This document shows, one piece after another, positions 63,948 to 64,000 of a stretch of DNA of 64,000 nt. The notes under the pieces were generated by a model, which was not told the origin of the DNA, did no database searches, and was given only the letters and a program-made list of their open reading frames with translations. Made by a program: the position numbers and the translations under genes. The DNA lies in contig OZ024759.1 in NCBI GenBank assembly GCA_964016885.1, forward strand, positions 5,022,001-5,086,000. The letters are read 5' to 3'. The DNA is from Eledone cirrhosa. Taxonomy: Eukaryota. Numbering within the stretch: position 1 is the first letter of the stretch; every line of letters begins with the position of its first letter.

Positions 63948-64000
63948 CTGTCTGACAGTTGCTACCTTCATAACCAGCAGCACATCCTCCACTGGAACAC
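63948..64000 (-). CDS. EGF-module exon, truncated by the window edge
   Basis: ..CSSGGCAAGYEGSNCQT|gtaag. Confidence 0.8.

Larger units (their letters stand above)
39285..64000 (-). other. Multi-exon MEGF10/11-like (Draper/CED-1/SCARF-type EGF-repeat) gene, partial; the 5' part lies beyond the window and the 3' end was not located
   Basis: Chain of AG...GT bounded 138-bp phase-1 exons, each CxxGxFGxxCxxxCHCxxxxxCxxxxGxCxxGxCxxGYxGxxC. Confidence 0.85.

Overview
Repeat-dense eukaryotic genomic DNA. It most likely comes from a coleoid cephalopod (Octopus-like SINE, RTE and C2H2 repertoire; this is an inference). The right half (39.3-64 kb) holds a minus-strand MEGF10/11-like receptor gene. It is built from at least 11 complete symmetric phase-1 exons of 138 bp (one is 137 bp), each encoding one 8-Cys EGF/laminin-type module, with recently duplicated and decayed copies. 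Transposable elements include an internally deleted Gypsy LTR element with a tRNA-Trp PBS, a nearly intact Helitron joined head-to-tail to a mini-Helitron (its RepHel ORF is broken only by four TGA codons), two RTE LINE families, two tRNA-SINE families, and piggyBac, hAT and Tc1-mariner relics. A C2H2 zinc-finger pseudogene and a 5S rRNA fragment are also present. The most notable unannotated signals are: (1) two type I hammerhead ribozyme motifs 1.25 kb apart with no adjacent RT ORF, (2) several kb-scale tandem arrays that grew in place from short internal segments of LINEs and SINEs, two of them with higher-order periodicity, and (3) several long spacer-free or short-spacer palindromes. Coordinates were read by eye; TE boundaries are approximate unless termini are quoted.
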